Below, piece after piece: positions 41,767 through 55,482 of a DNA stretch of 64,000 nt. The notes beneath the pieces are model-generated. The model was given only the letters and a program-made list of their open reading frames with translations, searched no databases and was not told where the DNA came from. The position numbers were made by a program, and so were the translations under genes. Position 1 is the first letter of the stretch; each line of letters starts with the position of its first letter. The DNA lies in NCBI RefSeq assembly GCF_056712565.1, contig NZ_CM160072.1; one strand, 5' to 3'.

Positions 41767-42660
41767 ATGCGCTTAATCTTTATTCTATTCACTTTGTGGT
41801 GCCTTCCTGGGCTTGCCCAGCAAATTGCTGTGCCGGAACTGCGCCAACAGGTGACCGATATTACTGGTACGTTAAGCACTTCTGAACAACAATCACTGAC
41901 ACAGCAACTGCAGGATATTACACATAAAACACGGGCGCAGGTCGCTGTATTAGTAGTGCCGTCCACCGGAGACGATTCCATTGAACAATATGCTACAAGG
42001 GTTTTTGATAGCTGGAAACTGGGAGATAAGCAGAGAAACGATGGTATTTTACTTCTGGTTGCCTGGGAGGATCATGCTGTTCGTATTGAGGTTGGCTACG
42101 GGCTGGAAGGGGTGGTTACCGACCTGCAAGCGGCGAAGATTATCAGGGATATATTGATCCCTGCCTTCAAAAGTGATGACCTGATGGGTGGATTAACACT
42201 GGCAAGCGAAAATATCGGCGCGCTTCTGTTGAATGGTGAATTACCGGAAGACAGGGGGGATTATTACAGTATCAATCCCCCTATTCCATTATCGCTTGCT
42301 GTAATTATATTGCTGGCGGTACTTTCATATTTTATTGTTTTTACCGATCCGTCGAATTTACCCTGGATCACTCTCACTGGCGCCATTTACGGGATGGTAT
42401 TCCTCTATGTTGCCGAGCCAGGACCATGGACCAATTTAATCGTTGCCTGCGGTATGTTAACGCCTTTTGCGATCGTACCACTGGTTGTTTTTTGGCTTAT
42501 CGTCAATAAAAAGCTACGCGCCAAATACAAAAAACTCAGTAAAGAAAGAGCTTCAAGAAAAGGTTCTTCTTCATCCTCTTCCGGTGGAGGCTCAAGTGGC
42601 GGCGGATTTAGCGGCGGGGGCGGTTCTTCTGGCGGTGGCGGCGCGTCCGGTCGCTGGTAA
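41767..42660 (+). CDS. ygcG: TPM-domain membrane protein, paralog 3 (probable ygcG ortholog), same C-terminal tail
   Basis: Start at MRLIFILFTLWCLPGLA (the track ORF begins 4 codons earlier at a TTG). TPM domain about 70% identical to paralog 1 by eye (VAVLVVPSTGDDSIEQYATRVFDSWKLGDKQRNDGILLLVAWEDHAVRIEVGYGLEG); C-terminus GGGSSGGGFSGGGGSSGGGGASGRW. Adjacent to eno as ygcG is in K-12 (from memory). Confidence 0.75.
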   Translation: MRLIFILFTLWCLPGLAQQIAVPELRQQVTDITGTLSTSEQQSLTQQLQDITHKTRAQVAVLVVPSTGDDSIEQYATRVFDSWKLGDKQRNDGILLLVAWEDHAVRIEVGYGLEGVVTDLQAAKIIRDILIPAFKSDDLMGGLTLASENIGALLLNGELPEDRGDYYSINPPIPLSLAVIILLAVLSYFIVFTDPSNLPWITLTGAIYGMVFLYVAEPGPWTNLIVACGMLTPFAIVPLVVFWLIVNKKLRAKYKKLSKERASRKGSSSSSSGGGSSGGGFSGGGGSSGGGGASGRW

Positions 42661-42670
42661 CTCAACCATA

Positions 42671-42700
42671 AAAAACGCCAGCCCGAAGGCTGGCATTTTT
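42671..42700. terminator. Bidirectional rho-independent terminator between the TPM operon and eno
   Basis: GC hairpin gccagcc-cgaa-ggctggc flanked by an A-run upstream and a T-run downstream on the + strand. Coordinates approximate. Confidence 0.6.
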
Positions 42701-42719
42701 AAATCAGATAAAGTCAGAC

Positions 42720-44033
<1,314 letters not shown>

Positions 44034-44105
44034 TCACTAGTTAAACTGAAACTCCAGACAAACAACGCGTACCCAGGGTACGCGTTGCCGTTCTAACTTT
44101 TTTAC

Positions 44106-45758
<1,653 letters not shown>

Positions 45759-45970
45759 TTAGGTTGAAAAGACGATGGAATAACCAGGACGGGAAAGCAG
45801 TATACCCGAACATGACCTGTGCCACAAACTTTCATTATCCCTCCTCTTCGCCAGCGCACTATTGAAATCAGGAGTGAGAAAATAGCCCCTTTGGGGTAAA
45901 TGTTTTTGACGCAAATCAAGCGCTTGTCATTTAAAAAATGACACAAATCGCGCTTGACCGCGTAATTCCC

Positions 45971-46762
45971 TTAGAGATCAATTTCCTGCCGTTTTACCTG
46001 TTGCCAGACTTCTTCCATTGTTTCGAGGTCAACACCTGTCATTTCCAGTCCACGCGCGGTAACAATACGCTCCACTTCGCGAAAACGACGCTCGAATTTT
46101 TCGTTCGCTTTTTGCAATGCGATTTCCGCTTTTGTCCCTAAATGACGAGCCAGATTGACCGTGGCAAACAGCAGGTCACCCATTTCCTCCTCCAGTTTAG
46201 CCTGGTCGACAACAGCCTGCCGCGCCTCGTACATCACCTCGTCGATCTCTTCGTAGACTTTATCTACTACCGGACCAAGCGTCGTCCAGTCGAAACCAAC
46301 GTTGGCGCAACGTTTCTGGATTTTTTGCGCACGCATTAAAGCCGGTAAACTACGAGGAATATCGTCCAGCGCCGAATGCTGCGCTTTCTGCGCGCGCTCT
46401 TCGGTTTTGATTTGCTCCCAACGGGCAAGCACTTCACTACTATTTTCGGCAGAACTGTCAGCAAAAACATGCGGATGGCGACGCTCTAATTTATCGCTAA
46501 TAGCAGCGCAAATATCATTAAAGTCAAAGCGCCCTTCTTCCTGAGCCATTTGTGCGTAAAACACCACCTGGAACAGCAGATCGCCCAGTTCACCGCGCAG
46601 ATCGTCAAAATCTTCACGGGCGATGGCGTCCAGCACCTCGTAGGTTTCTTCAAGGGTGTAAGGCGCAATGGTGGCAAATGTCTGCTCTTTATCCCACGGG
46701 CAGCCGTTTTCCGGGTCGCGCAGGCGCTGCATGATGGTGAGCAAACGGTCGATTTGATTCAT
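45971..46762 (-). CDS. mazG: Nucleoside triphosphate pyrophosphohydrolase MazG
   Basis: 263-aa ORF with tandem MazG domains, immediately downstream of mazEF. Confidence 0.9.
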   Translation of the reverse strand: MNQIDRLLTIMQRLRDPENGCPWDKEQTFATIAPYTLEETYEVLDAIAREDFDDLRGELGDLLFQVVFYAQMAQEEGRFDFNDICAAISDKLERRHPHVFADSSAENSSEVLARWEQIKTEERAQKAQHSALDDIPRSLPALMRAQKIQKRCANVGFDWTTLGPVVDKVYEEIDEVMYEARQAVVDQAKLEEEMGDLLFATVNLARHLGTKAEIALQKANEKFERRFREVERIVTARGLEMTGVDLETMEEVWQQVKRQEIDL

Positions 46763-46833
46763 TGAATTGTCCTGAAAATTGCGGGTCCGTCAGGTGTAAA
46801 CCTGTGACCAGAATAGAAGTGAGTTAGTAACAC

Positions 46834-47169
46834 CTACCCAATCAGCACGTTAATTTTGGCTTTAATGAGTTGTAATTCCTCTGGGGCAACTGTTCCTTTC
46901 TTCGTTGCTCCTCTTGCCCGCCAGGCGATACTTTTTACCTGATCAGCTAACGCTACGCCATCACGTTCCTGACCGGATAGAACAACTTCGAACGGATATC
47001 CTTTTGATTGCGTTGTACAAGGAACACACAGACACATACCTGTTTTGTTGTTGTACATGAACGGACTCAGGACAACAGCCGGACGATGTCCGGCTTGCTC
47101 GCTACCTTTTGTCGGGTCAAAATCAACCCAAATCAGATCGCCCGTATCGGGTACGTATCGGCTTACCAT
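46834..47169 (-). CDS. mazF: Type II toxin MazF (mRNA interferase)
   Basis: 111-aa [66 protein letters not shown] sequence (here [14 protein letters not shown]...). Confidence 0.9.
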   Translation of the reverse strand: MVSRYVPDTGDLIWVDFDPTKGSEQAGHRPAVVLSPFMYNNKTGMCLCVPCTTQSKGYPFEVVLSGQERDGVALADQVKSIAWRARGATKKGTVAPEELQLIKAKINVLIG

Positions 47170-47417
47170 TACCAGACTTCCTTATCTTTCGGCTCCCCCC
47201 AGTCGATATTCTCGTGGAGGTTTTCCGGCGTGATGTCGTTGACCAGTTCAGCAAGCGTAAATACGGGCTCTTTACGCACTGGCTCAATAATTAATTTGCC
47301 ATCCACCAGGTCAATCTTCACTTCATCATCAATATTCAGATTGAGCGCCTGCATTAACGTAGCCGGGATCCGCACCGCCGGTGAATTTCCCCAACGCTTT
47401 ACGCTACTGTGGATCAT
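47169..47417 (-). CDS. mazE: Type II antitoxin MazE
   Basis: 82-aa [50 protein letters not shown]...; stop overlaps mazF start. Confidence 0.9.
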
Positions 47418-47494
47418 AACCCTTTCCTCAAACCGCGATCATATGTAGATACAGTATATATCAATCTACATTGTAGATACGAGCAAGTTTCGGC

Positions 47495-49729
47495 CTAACT
47501 CCCGTGCAACCGACGCGCGTCGATAACATCCGGTACCTGGTTGAGTTTACCCAGCACGCGCCCCAGCACTTGCAGGTTGTAAATCTCAATGGTCATGTCG
47601 ATGGTCGCCAGTTGCTGTTTGGTGTCGCTACGGCTGGCAACGCCAAGTACGTTCACCTTCTCGTTGGCGAGAATGGTCGTGATATCACGTAACAACCCAC
47701 TACGATCATTAGCCACCACGCGGACCACCAGCGAATATCCGGCGGAGTAGCTCTCGCCCCATACCGCGTCAACAATGCGTTCTGGCGCATGGGAGCGCAG
47801 TTCCGCCAATTGTTCGCAATCGGCGCGGTGTACTGAAATACCGCGCCCCTGGGTAATGAAGCCGACAATCTCATCTCCAGGAATCGGCTGGCAGCAGCGC
47901 GCGATGTGGTGCATCAGGTTACCGACCCCTTCTACCACCACACGACCGTTATCTTTACTGCGGTTTTGCGGCGTGTAGCTTTTTTGCTGAAGCTGTTTCA
48001 GCGCGGCGGCGTCCTGCTCTTCGGCACTCGGCTTATTAAATTGCGATTGCAGGAAGTTCACCATCTGATTGAGACGGATATCCCCGCCACCAATCGCCGC
48101 CAGCAACTCGTCGACATCATTGAAGTTGTAACGCGGCAGCAGATGTTTTTCTGCTTCTTTCAGGCTGATCCCCAGATGTTCCAGCTCGTCGTCAAGAATT
48201 TGCCGCCCAGCCAGAATGTTTTTGTCACGGTCCTGTTTACGGAACCAGGCGTGAATTTTCGAACGCCCACGGCTGGTTGTGACGTAACCGAGGTTTGGGT
48301 TTAACCAGTCACGGCTGGGGTTCGGCTGTTTCTGGGTGATAATTTCAATCTGGTCGCCCATCTGCAGCTGGTAGGTGAACGGCACAATGCGCCCGCCAAT
48401 TTTTGCCCCGATGCAGCGGTGTCCGACATCACTGTGGATGTGGTAAGCGAAGTCCAGCGGCGTTGATCCCGCAGGCAAATCAACGACATCACCTTTCGGC
48501 GTAAAGACGTACACTCGGTCGTCAAAGACCTGACTACGTACTTCGTCGAGCATTTCGCCGGAATCAGCCATCTCTTCCTGCCACGCAATCAGTTTACGCA
48601 GCCAGGCAATCCGGTCTTCATGTCCCGAACGTGCGCCGCCAGCAGCCGCGCCCTCTTTATATTTCCAGTGCGCAGCAACACCCAACTCTGCATCTTCATG
48701 CATCTGTTTGGTGCGGATTTGGATCTCAACGGTTTTGCCACCCGGCCCCAGAACCACGGTATGAATGGACTGATAACCGTTTGGTTTCGGGTTAGCGACG
48801 TAATCGTCAAACTCATCCGGCAGGTGGCGATAGTGAGTGTGCACTATCCCCAGTGCGGCATAACAATCCTGTAAACGCTCGGCGACAATACGTACCGCAC
48901 GCACATCAAACAGCTCATCGAAGGCGAGGTTCTTTTTCTGCATTTTGCGCCAGATACTGTAGATGTGTTTCGGACGGCCATACACTTCAGCTTTAACGCC
49001 TTCAGCTTTCATCTCAGCGCGCAGATGGCCGACAAACTCTTCGATATAGTGTTCGCGGTCGAGACGGCGTTCATGCAGCAGTTTTGCGATGCGTTTGTAT
49101 TCGGTCGGGTGGAGATAACGGAAGCAGTAATCTTCCAGCTCCCATTTCAGTTGCCCAATCCCAAGACGGTTCGCCAACGGCGCGTAGATATTGGTGCACT
49201 CTTTTGCCGCCAGTACGCGTTCATCTTCCGGCGCATCTTTTACTTCGCGCAGGTGAGCAATACGCTCCGCCAGTTTGATGACCACGCAGCGAAAATCATC
49301 GACCATCGCCAATAACATCCGGCGAACGTTATCGACCTGTTCGGAGGAAACAGAATCAGTGTGCGTCGCTTTCAGCTGGCGGATCGCCGCCATATCACGC
49401 ACGCCGTGAATAAGGTTAACGACCGACTTACCGACGCTCTCACGCAGCACATCTTCGCTGACTACGTTGGCATCAGCCAGAGGGAACAGCAGCGCCGCCC
49501 GCAGCGTGTCAATGTCCATACTTAATGTCGAGAGGATCTCCACCATCTCAACACCACGCCACAATAACAGACTGGCATCCGGATGCCCCTGCGTCTGTTG
49601 CAGACAATACGCCCAGGTTTCGGCTAAGCACTCACACGACTTCTGGCTGGTAATACCCAGACTTGCGATCCATTTTTCCGGATCAAATTCACCAGCCTTA
49701 TTGATATGTGCACTTCTTACCGCAACCAT
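47495..49729 (-). CDS. relA: GTP pyrophosphokinase ((p)ppGpp synthetase I)
   Basis: 744-aa ORF MVAVRSAHINKAGEFDPEKWIASLGITSQKSCECLAETWAYCLQ..., canonical RelA. Confidence 0.95.
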   Translation of the reverse strand: MVAVRSAHINKAGEFDPEKWIASLGITSQKSCECLAETWAYCLQQTQGHPDASLLLWRGVEMVEILSTLSMDIDTLRAALLFPLADANVVSEDVLRESVGKSVVNLIHGVRDMAAIRQLKATHTDSVSSEQVDNVRRMLLAMVDDFRCVVIKLAERIAHLREVKDAPEDERVLAAKECTNIYAPLANRLGIGQLKWELEDYCFRYLHPTEYKRIAKLLHERRLDREHYIEEFVGHLRAEMKAEGVKAEVYGRPKHIYSIWRKMQKKNLAFDELFDVRAVRIVAERLQDCYAALGIVHTHYRHLPDEFDDYVANPKPNGYQSIHTVVLGPGGKTVEIQIRTKQMHEDAELGVAAHWKYKEGAAAGGARSGHEDRIAWLRKLIAWQEEMADSGEMLDEVRSQVFDDRVYVFTPKGDVVDLPAGSTPLDFAYHIHSDVGHRCIGAKIGGRIVPFTYQLQMGDQIEIITQKQPNPSRDWLNPNLGYVTTSRGRSKIHAWFRKQDRDKNILAGRQILDDELEHLGISLKEAEKHLLPRYNFNDVDELLAAIGGGDIRLNQMVNFLQSQFNKPSAEEQDAAALKQLQQKSYTPQNRSKDNGRVVVEGVGNLMHHIARCCQPIPGDEIVGFITQGRGISVHRADCEQLAELRSHAPERIVDAVWGESYSAGYSLVVRVVANDRSGLLRDITTILANEKVNVLGVASRSDTKQQLATIDMTIEIYNLQVLGRVLGKLNQVPDVIDARRLHGS

Positions 49730-49776
49730 CGTCCTCTCCTTTAGGGACCAGACCTGCCGAAATCGGCAAATCGTAA

Positions 49777-51078
49777 CTATTTAACGCGCGAGAAAAGTAC
49801 CATCGATTCCAGATGTCCCGTGTGTGGGAACATATCCAGCATCGCCAGTCGCGCAATGGTATATCCTGCTTTTAATAACGCTTCGCTATCCCGAGCCAGC
49901 GTTGCAGGGTTACAGGATACATAAACTATACGAATAGGTTCCAGTTTTATAATTTGCTGCATAACACCTGCGGCACCTGCTCGCGCCGGGTCCAGCAACA
50001 CTTTATCGAAGCCGTTTTTCGCCCACGGCTGCTTTGTGACATCTTCTTCAAGATTTTCGTGATAAAACGTCACATTCTGTAAGCCATTAAGACGCGCATT
50101 CTGCTGGCCTTTTTCCACCAGCGCCGGAACACCTTCTACACCCACCACACTGGCAGCTTGTGTCGCCAATGGCAGTGTAAAGTTGCCCATACCGCAGAAC
50201 AGATCCAGTACGCAATCTTCAGGTTCCACATCCAGCCATTCCAACGCACGCGCTACCATTTTCTGGTTCACACCCGCATTGACCTGAATAAAATCGCGCG
50301 GGCTAAAAGTTAAGCGCAACCCATTTGAGTCATACCAGGGCATCTCACCAGAGACGGTTTCGAGTATCTCACTATCGGGGGCGAGATACAGATCCAGGCC
50401 TTCAGAATGCGAAAAGCATTCCAGTTTTTCGCGATCTGCCGAACTTAGCGGTGCGGTATGGCGCAAAATCATTAGCGTGCCGCTGGTTGCCTGTACCAGT
50501 TCAACATGACCAAGATGGCGCATAGCTTGTAAGCTGCCCAGGCATGCCCTGACTTTGGGCAGCAATGCTTCAAGTTGGGGCACTAAAATGGGGCATTGTT
50601 TAACGTCGACAATGTCACTGGAGCCCGCTTTGCGAAACCCCATCTGAAGTTGCTGTGTTTTCGGTAAGTAGTTCAGACTTAAACGCGCGCGACGGCGATA
50701 GCCCCAGGGAACATCGGCGATCACTTCAGAGACTTCGTGTTTCATTAATCGGGCGAGTGCCGCACTTTTGCTTCGCTGCTGTAAATCCACACTGGCGTGT
50801 TGTTGCTGACAGCCGCCGCATACGCCAAAATGAGGACAGCGTGGCGTTTCGCGTTCCGGGCTATCGCTTAATCGGCGTACGACTTTAGCGCGGGCATACT
50901 GTTTTTTATCTTCAGTAACAGTAACTTCCGCGTTTTCCTGCGGCAATAATCCGGGGATAAATAATGTTTTGCCGTTATGTCGCGCCACACCCTGACCAAA
51001 AGAGTCGAGGTCGTTGACTGAAACGGTTATGATCTGACGCGTCGTCGTGCGTCGTTTTGCAGAGTAGAATTGCGCCAT
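49777..51078 (-). CDS. rlmD: 23S rRNA (uracil1939-C5)-methyltransferase RlmD (RumA)
   Basis: 433-aa [43 protein letters not shown]... with TRAM domain, Fe-S cysteines and SAM methyltransferase fold. Confidence 0.9.
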   Translation of the reverse strand: MAQFYSAKRRTTTRQIITVSVNDLDSFGQGVARHNGKTLFIPGLLPQENAEVTVTEDKKQYARAKVVRRLSDSPERETPRCPHFGVCGGCQQQHASVDLQQRSKSAALARLMKHEVSEVIADVPWGYRRRARLSLNYLPKTQQLQMGFRKAGSSDIVDVKQCPILVPQLEALLPKVRACLGSLQAMRHLGHVELVQATSGTLMILRHTAPLSSADREKLECFSHSEGLDLYLAPDSEILETVSGEMPWYDSNGLRLTFSPRDFIQVNAGVNQKMVARALEWLDVEPEDCVLDLFCGMGNFTLPLATQAASVVGVEGVPALVEKGQQNARLNGLQNVTFYHENLEEDVTKQPWAKNGFDKVLLDPARAGAAGVMQQIIKLEPIRIVYVSCNPATLARDSEALLKAGYTIARLAMLDMFPHTGHLESMVLFSRVK

Positions 51079-51134
51079 TGGCGAGACTTTCTCAATTTAA
51101 CAGTGTGACCTTAATTGTCCCATAACGGAACTCC

Positions 51135-53891
51135 ATGACCAACTACAGCCTGCGCGCACGCATGATGATTCTGATCCTGGCACCGACCGTCCTTATTGGT
51201 TTATTGCTGAGTATCTTTTTCGTCGTGCATCGCTATAACGACTTGCAGCGTCAACTGGAAGATGCCGGTGCCAGCATTATTGAGCCGCTTGCAGTTTCTA
51301 CTGAATATGGCATGAGTCTGCAAAATCGCGAATCTATCGGTCAGTTAATAAGCGTACTGCATCGTCGCCATTCTGATATTGTTCGCGCGATTTCGGTTTA
51401 TGATGAAAATAACCGACTCTTTGTCACCTCCAATTTTCATCTTGATCCCTCATCAATGCAGCTCGGCAGCAACGTGCCGTTTCCTCGCCAGCTCACTGTC
51501 ACTCGTGACGGCGATATAATGATCCTCCGCACGCCGATTATTTCTGAAAGTTACTCCCCCGACGAATCGCCCAGTAGCGATGCCAAAAATAGTCAAAATA
51601 TGCTGGGATATATTGCGCTGGAGCTGGATCTTAAATCGGTTCGCTTGCAGCAATATAAAGAGATCTTTATTTCCAGCGTGATGATGCTGTTTTGTATCGG
51701 TATTGCGCTTATTTTTGGCTGGCGCTTAATGCGCGATGTAACCGGTCCGATTCGCAACATGGTGAATACCGTCGACCGCATCCGTCGCGGGCAACTCGAC
51801 AGCCGGGTGGAAGGTTTTATGCTCGGCGAACTGGATATGCTGAAAAACGGTATCAACTCGATGGCAATGTCGCTGGCGGCTTATCACGAAGAGATGCAAC
51901 ACAATATCGACCAGGCGACGTCCGATCTGCGTGAGACGCTGGAGCAAATGGAGATTCAGAACGTTGAGTTGGATCTGGCGAAAAAGCGCGCCCAGGAAGC
52001 GGCGCGTATTAAATCCGAGTTTCTGGCAAATATGTCACACGAGCTGCGTACACCACTGAATGGTGTTATTGGCTTTACCCGCCTGACGCTGAAAACAGAA
52101 TTAACACCAACGCAGCGCGATCACCTGAATACGATTGAACGTTCGGCAAATAATTTGCTGGCAATTATTAATGATGTTCTCGACTTCTCGAAACTGGAAG
52201 CCGGTAAGCTGATTCTGGAAAGTATTCCATTCCCACTACGCAGCACGCTGGATGAAGTCGTTACCCTGCTGGCACATTCTTCTCACGATAAAGGGCTGGA
52301 ACTGACGCTCAATATTAAAAGCGACGTGCCTGATAACGTGATCGGCGACCCACTACGATTACAGCAAATCATCACTAACCTGGTAGGGAATGCAATTAAA
52401 TTCACCGAGAATGGCAACATTGATATTCTGGTAGAAAAACGTGCGCTGAGTAATACCAAAGTGCAAATTGAAGTGCAGATTCGGGATACCGGCATTGGTA
52501 TTCCTGAACGCGATCAATCGCGCTTATTCCAGGCCTTCAGACAGGCTGATGCCAGTATTTCCCGCCGTCATGGTGGCACCGGGCTGGGGCTGGTGATTAC
52601 ACAAAAACTGGTTAATGAAATGGGCGGCGATATTTCGTTCCATAGCCTGCCGAATCGTGGTTCAACTTTCTGGTTCCACATTAATCTCGATCTGAACCCG
52701 AACATTATTATCGAAGGGCCATCCACCCAGTGCCTCGCTGGTAAGCGCCTGGCCTATGTCGAACCAAACTCCGCAGCAGCACAATGCACGCTGGATATTT
52801 TAAGTGAAACGCCGCTGGAAGTGGTTTATAGCCCAACGTTCTCCGCGCTGCCTCCCGCGCATTACGACATGATGTTATTAGGCATAGCGGTGACCTTCCG
52901 CGAGCCGCTAACAATGCAACATGAGCGATTAGCGAAAGCAGTATCGATGACCGATTTCCTGATGCTGGCACTTCCTTGCCATGCACAAGTCAATGCTGAA
53001 AAACTTAAGCAAGATGGTATCGGCGCGTGTCTGCTGAAACCATTAACACCTACGCGCCTGTTGCCTGCCCTGACGGAATTTTGTCATCACAAACAAAACA
53101 CGCTTTTGCCTGTAACCGATGAAAGTAAGCTGGCAATGACAGTCATGGCGGTTGATGACAACCCCGCTAACCTGAAACTTATCGGCGCATTGCTGGAAGA
53201 TATGGTGCAACATGTGGAACTTTGCGATAGCGGGCATCAGGCGGTTGAACGGGCGAAACAGATGCCGTTCGATTTAATCTTAATGGATATTCAAATGCCG
53301 GACATGGACGGCATTCGGGCATGTGAGCTCATCCACCAGCTCCCGCATCAGCAGCAAACGCCGGTTATCGCGGTAACGGCGCATGCGATGGCCGGGCAAA
53401 AAGAGAAACTGCTTGGCGCGGGGATGAGTGATTATCTGGCCAAACCGATCGAAGAAGAGCGATTGCATAATTTGCTGTTGCGCTACAAGCCTGGCAGCGG
53501 TATTTCCTCTCGCGTCGTGACGCCCGAAGTCAACGAAATTGTGGTCAACCCGAATGCGACCCTCGACTGGCAACTGGCACTACGCCAGGCAGCAGGAAAA
53601 ACCGATTTAGCGCGCGATATGCTGCAAATGTTACTCGATTTCCTGCCTGAAGTTCGCAACAAAGTTGAGGAACAGCTGGTTGGAGAAAACCCGGAAGGCC
53701 TGGTTGATTTGATTCATAAACTGCATGGCAGTTGCGGCTATAGCGGTGTACCGCGTATGAAGAATCTCTGCCAACTGATCGAACAACAGCTACGTAGCGG
53801 TACTAAAGAAGAAGATTTAGAGCCGGAGCTGCTGGAACTGTTGGACGAGATGGATAATGTAGCGCGCGAAGCCAGCAAAATTCTCGGGTAA
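51135..53891 (+). CDS. barA: Hybrid sensor histidine kinase BarA
   Basis: 918-aa ORF with N-terminal TM/HAMP, HisKA ([14 protein letters not shown]), HATPase, receiver (VDDNPANL...[14 protein letters not shown]) and C-terminal HPt domains. Confidence 0.95.
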   Translation: MTNYSLRARMMILILAPTVLIGLLLSIFFVVHRYNDLQRQLEDAGASIIEPLAVSTEYGMSLQNRESIGQLISVLHRRHSDIVRAISVYDENNRLFVTSNFHLDPSSMQLGSNVPFPRQLTVTRDGDIMILRTPIISESYSPDESPSSDAKNSQNMLGYIALELDLKSVRLQQYKEIFISSVMMLFCIGIALIFGWRLMRDVTGPIRNMVNTVDRIRRGQLDSRVEGFMLGELDMLKNGINSMAMSLAAYHEEMQHNIDQATSDLRETLEQMEIQNVELDLAKKRAQEAARIKSEFLANMSHELRTPLNGVIGFTRLTLKTELTPTQRDHLNTIERSANNLLAIINDVLDFSKLEAGKLILESIPFPLRSTLDEVVTLLAHSSHDKGLELTLNIKSDVPDNVIGDPLRLQQIITNLVGNAIKFTENGNIDILVEKRALSNTKVQIEVQIRDTGIGIPERDQSRLFQAFRQADASISRRHGGTGLGLVITQKLVNEMGGDISFHSLPNRGSTFWFHINLDLNPNIIIEGPSTQCLAGKRLAYVEPNSAAAQCTLDILSETPLEVVYSPTFSALPPAHYDMMLLGIAVTFREPLTMQHERLAKAVSMTDFLMLALPCHAQVNAEKLKQDGIGACLLKPLTPTRLLPALTEFCHHKQNTLLPVTDESKLAMTVMAVDDNPANLKLIGALLEDMVQHVELCDSGHQAVERAKQMPFDLILMDIQMPDMDGIRACELIHQLPHQQQTPVIAVTAHAMAGQKEKLLGAGMSDYLAKPIEEERLHNLLLRYKPGSGISSRVVTPEVNEIVVNPNATLDWQLALRQAAGKTDLARDMLQMLLDFLPEVRNKVEEQLVGENPEGLVDLIHKLHGSCGYSGVPRMKNLCQLIEQQLRSGTKEEDLEPELLELLDEMDNVAREASKILG

Positions 53892-53964
53892 TGGACGTCT
53901 TGTCGAGTAGCAACCGGATTTTTATGACGCTGGTTTCAGATTGGTGACAAGTGCCTGTGTTTAT

Positions 53965-53998
53965 GCCGGATGCGGCGTTAACGCCTTATCCGGCCTGC
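53965..53998. repeat. REP element
   Basis: gccggatgcggcgttaacgccttatccggcctgc is the classic E. coli REP consensus. Coordinates approximate. Confidence 0.65.
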
Positions 53999-54083
53999 AA
54001 AACCAATTAAATTCAATGAATTAAAAAATGATGTAGCCCTGATACGTAGCGCAACAGGCAATTTTGCGTTTGGCATCAGTCTC

Positions 54084-54118
54084 AAACCGGCTCCAGATAG
54101 AGCCGGTTTTGGTTTTCT
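54084..54118. terminator. Hairpin plus T-rich tract between barA and gudD (probable terminator)
   Basis: aaaccggctc-cagatag-agccggttt followed by ttggttttctg on the + strand. Coordinates approximate. Confidence 0.5.
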
Positions 54119-54121
54119 GTC

Positions 54122-55462
54122 TTAACGCACCATGCACGGACGCTTGTTATCGAACGTCCAGCCGGGGATCAGGTACTGCATTCCCATCGCATCGTCACGC
54201 GCGCCAAGCCCGTGTTTCTGATACAGCTCGTGCGCTTTCATCACTTGATCCATATCGATTTCTACACCCAGCCCCGGTTTTTCTGGCACCTGAACCAGAC
54301 CGCCTTTGATCTCTAACGGTTCTTTGGTCAGGCGCTGATTACCTTCCTGCCAGATCCAGTGCGTATCAATCGCGGTGATTTTACCCGGTGCGGCAGCGGC
54401 AACATGGGTAAACATCGCCAGGGAAATATCGAAGTGGTTGTTGGAGTGTGAACCCCAGGTCAGGCCAAATTCATGACACATTTGCGCCACACGTACCGAA
54501 CCTTGCATCGTCCAGAAATGCGGATCCGCAAGCGGGATATCAACGGATTGCAACGAGAGCGTATGGCCCATCTGCCGCCAGTCGGTGGCGATCATATTGG
54601 TTGCGGTCGGCAGGCCAGTTGCGCGACGGAACTCTGCCATCACTTCACGCCCGGAGAAACCTTGCTCCGCACCACACGGATCTTCTGCATAAGCCAGCGA
54701 ACCTTTCAGGTATGTACCGATTTTAATCGCTTCTTTCAGCGACCAGGCACCGTTAGGATCGAGCGTAATACGCGCCTGCGGGAAACGTTGCGCCAGTGCC
54801 ACAATAGATTCGGCTTCTTCTTCCCCGGCCAGTACACCGCCTTTCAGTTTGAAATCGTTGAAGCCATATTTTTCATACGCCGCTTCCGCCAGGCGCACCA
54901 CCGCATCCGGCGTCATCGCTTCTTCATGACGCAGGCGATACCAGTCGCATGAGTCATCCGGCTGGCTTTGATACGGCAGCGGTGTAGCTTTGCGATTGCC
55001 GACGAAGAACAGATAACCGAGCATTTCGACTTCGCTACGCTGTTGACCATCGCCCAGCAGCGATGCCACGTTTACCCCCAGATGCTGCCCCAGCAGATCC
55101 AGCATTGCCGCTTCTATCCCGGTAACTACATGAATAGTGGTACGCAAATCAAATGTCTGCAAACCGCGCCCACCGGCATCACGATCGGCAAAAGTATTAC
55201 GCACCAGCGTCAGAACGTTTTTGTATTCACCCAGCGTTTTACCCACCACCAGCGGAATCGCATCTTCCAGCGTTTTACGGATTTTCTCGCCGCCGGGAAT
55301 TTCCCCTACGCCAGTGTGACCGGAATTATCTTTGATAATCACAATATTACGCGTGAAGAACGGTGCATGTGCACCACTCAGATTCATCAGCATACTGTCA
55401 TGACCCGCCACCGGGATGACCTGCATTTCAGTAACAACAGGCGTCGTAAATTGAGAACTCAT
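54122..55462 (-). CDS. gudD: Glucarate dehydratase
   Basis: Start at [32 protein letters not shown]... (446 aa), enolase superfamily. Confidence 0.9.
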   Translation of the reverse strand: MSSQFTTPVVTEMQVIPVAGHDSMLMNLSGAHAPFFTRNIVIIKDNSGHTGVGEIPGGEKIRKTLEDAIPLVVGKTLGEYKNVLTLVRNTFADRDAGGRGLQTFDLRTTIHVVTGIEAAMLDLLGQHLGVNVASLLGDGQQRSEVEMLGYLFFVGNRKATPLPYQSQPDDSCDWYRLRHEEAMTPDAVVRLAEAAYEKYGFNDFKLKGGVLAGEEEAESIVALAQRFPQARITLDPNGAWSLKEAIKIGTYLKGSLAYAEDPCGAEQGFSGREVMAEFRRATGLPTATNMIATDWRQMGHTLSLQSVDIPLADPHFWTMQGSVRVAQMCHEFGLTWGSHSNNHFDISLAMFTHVAAAAPGKITAIDTHWIWQEGNQRLTKEPLEIKGGLVQVPEKPGLGVEIDMDQVMKAHELYQKHGLGARDDAMGMQYLIPGWTFDNKRPCMVR

Positions 55463-55482
55463 ATTTATGTCCTTTTTCAGAA

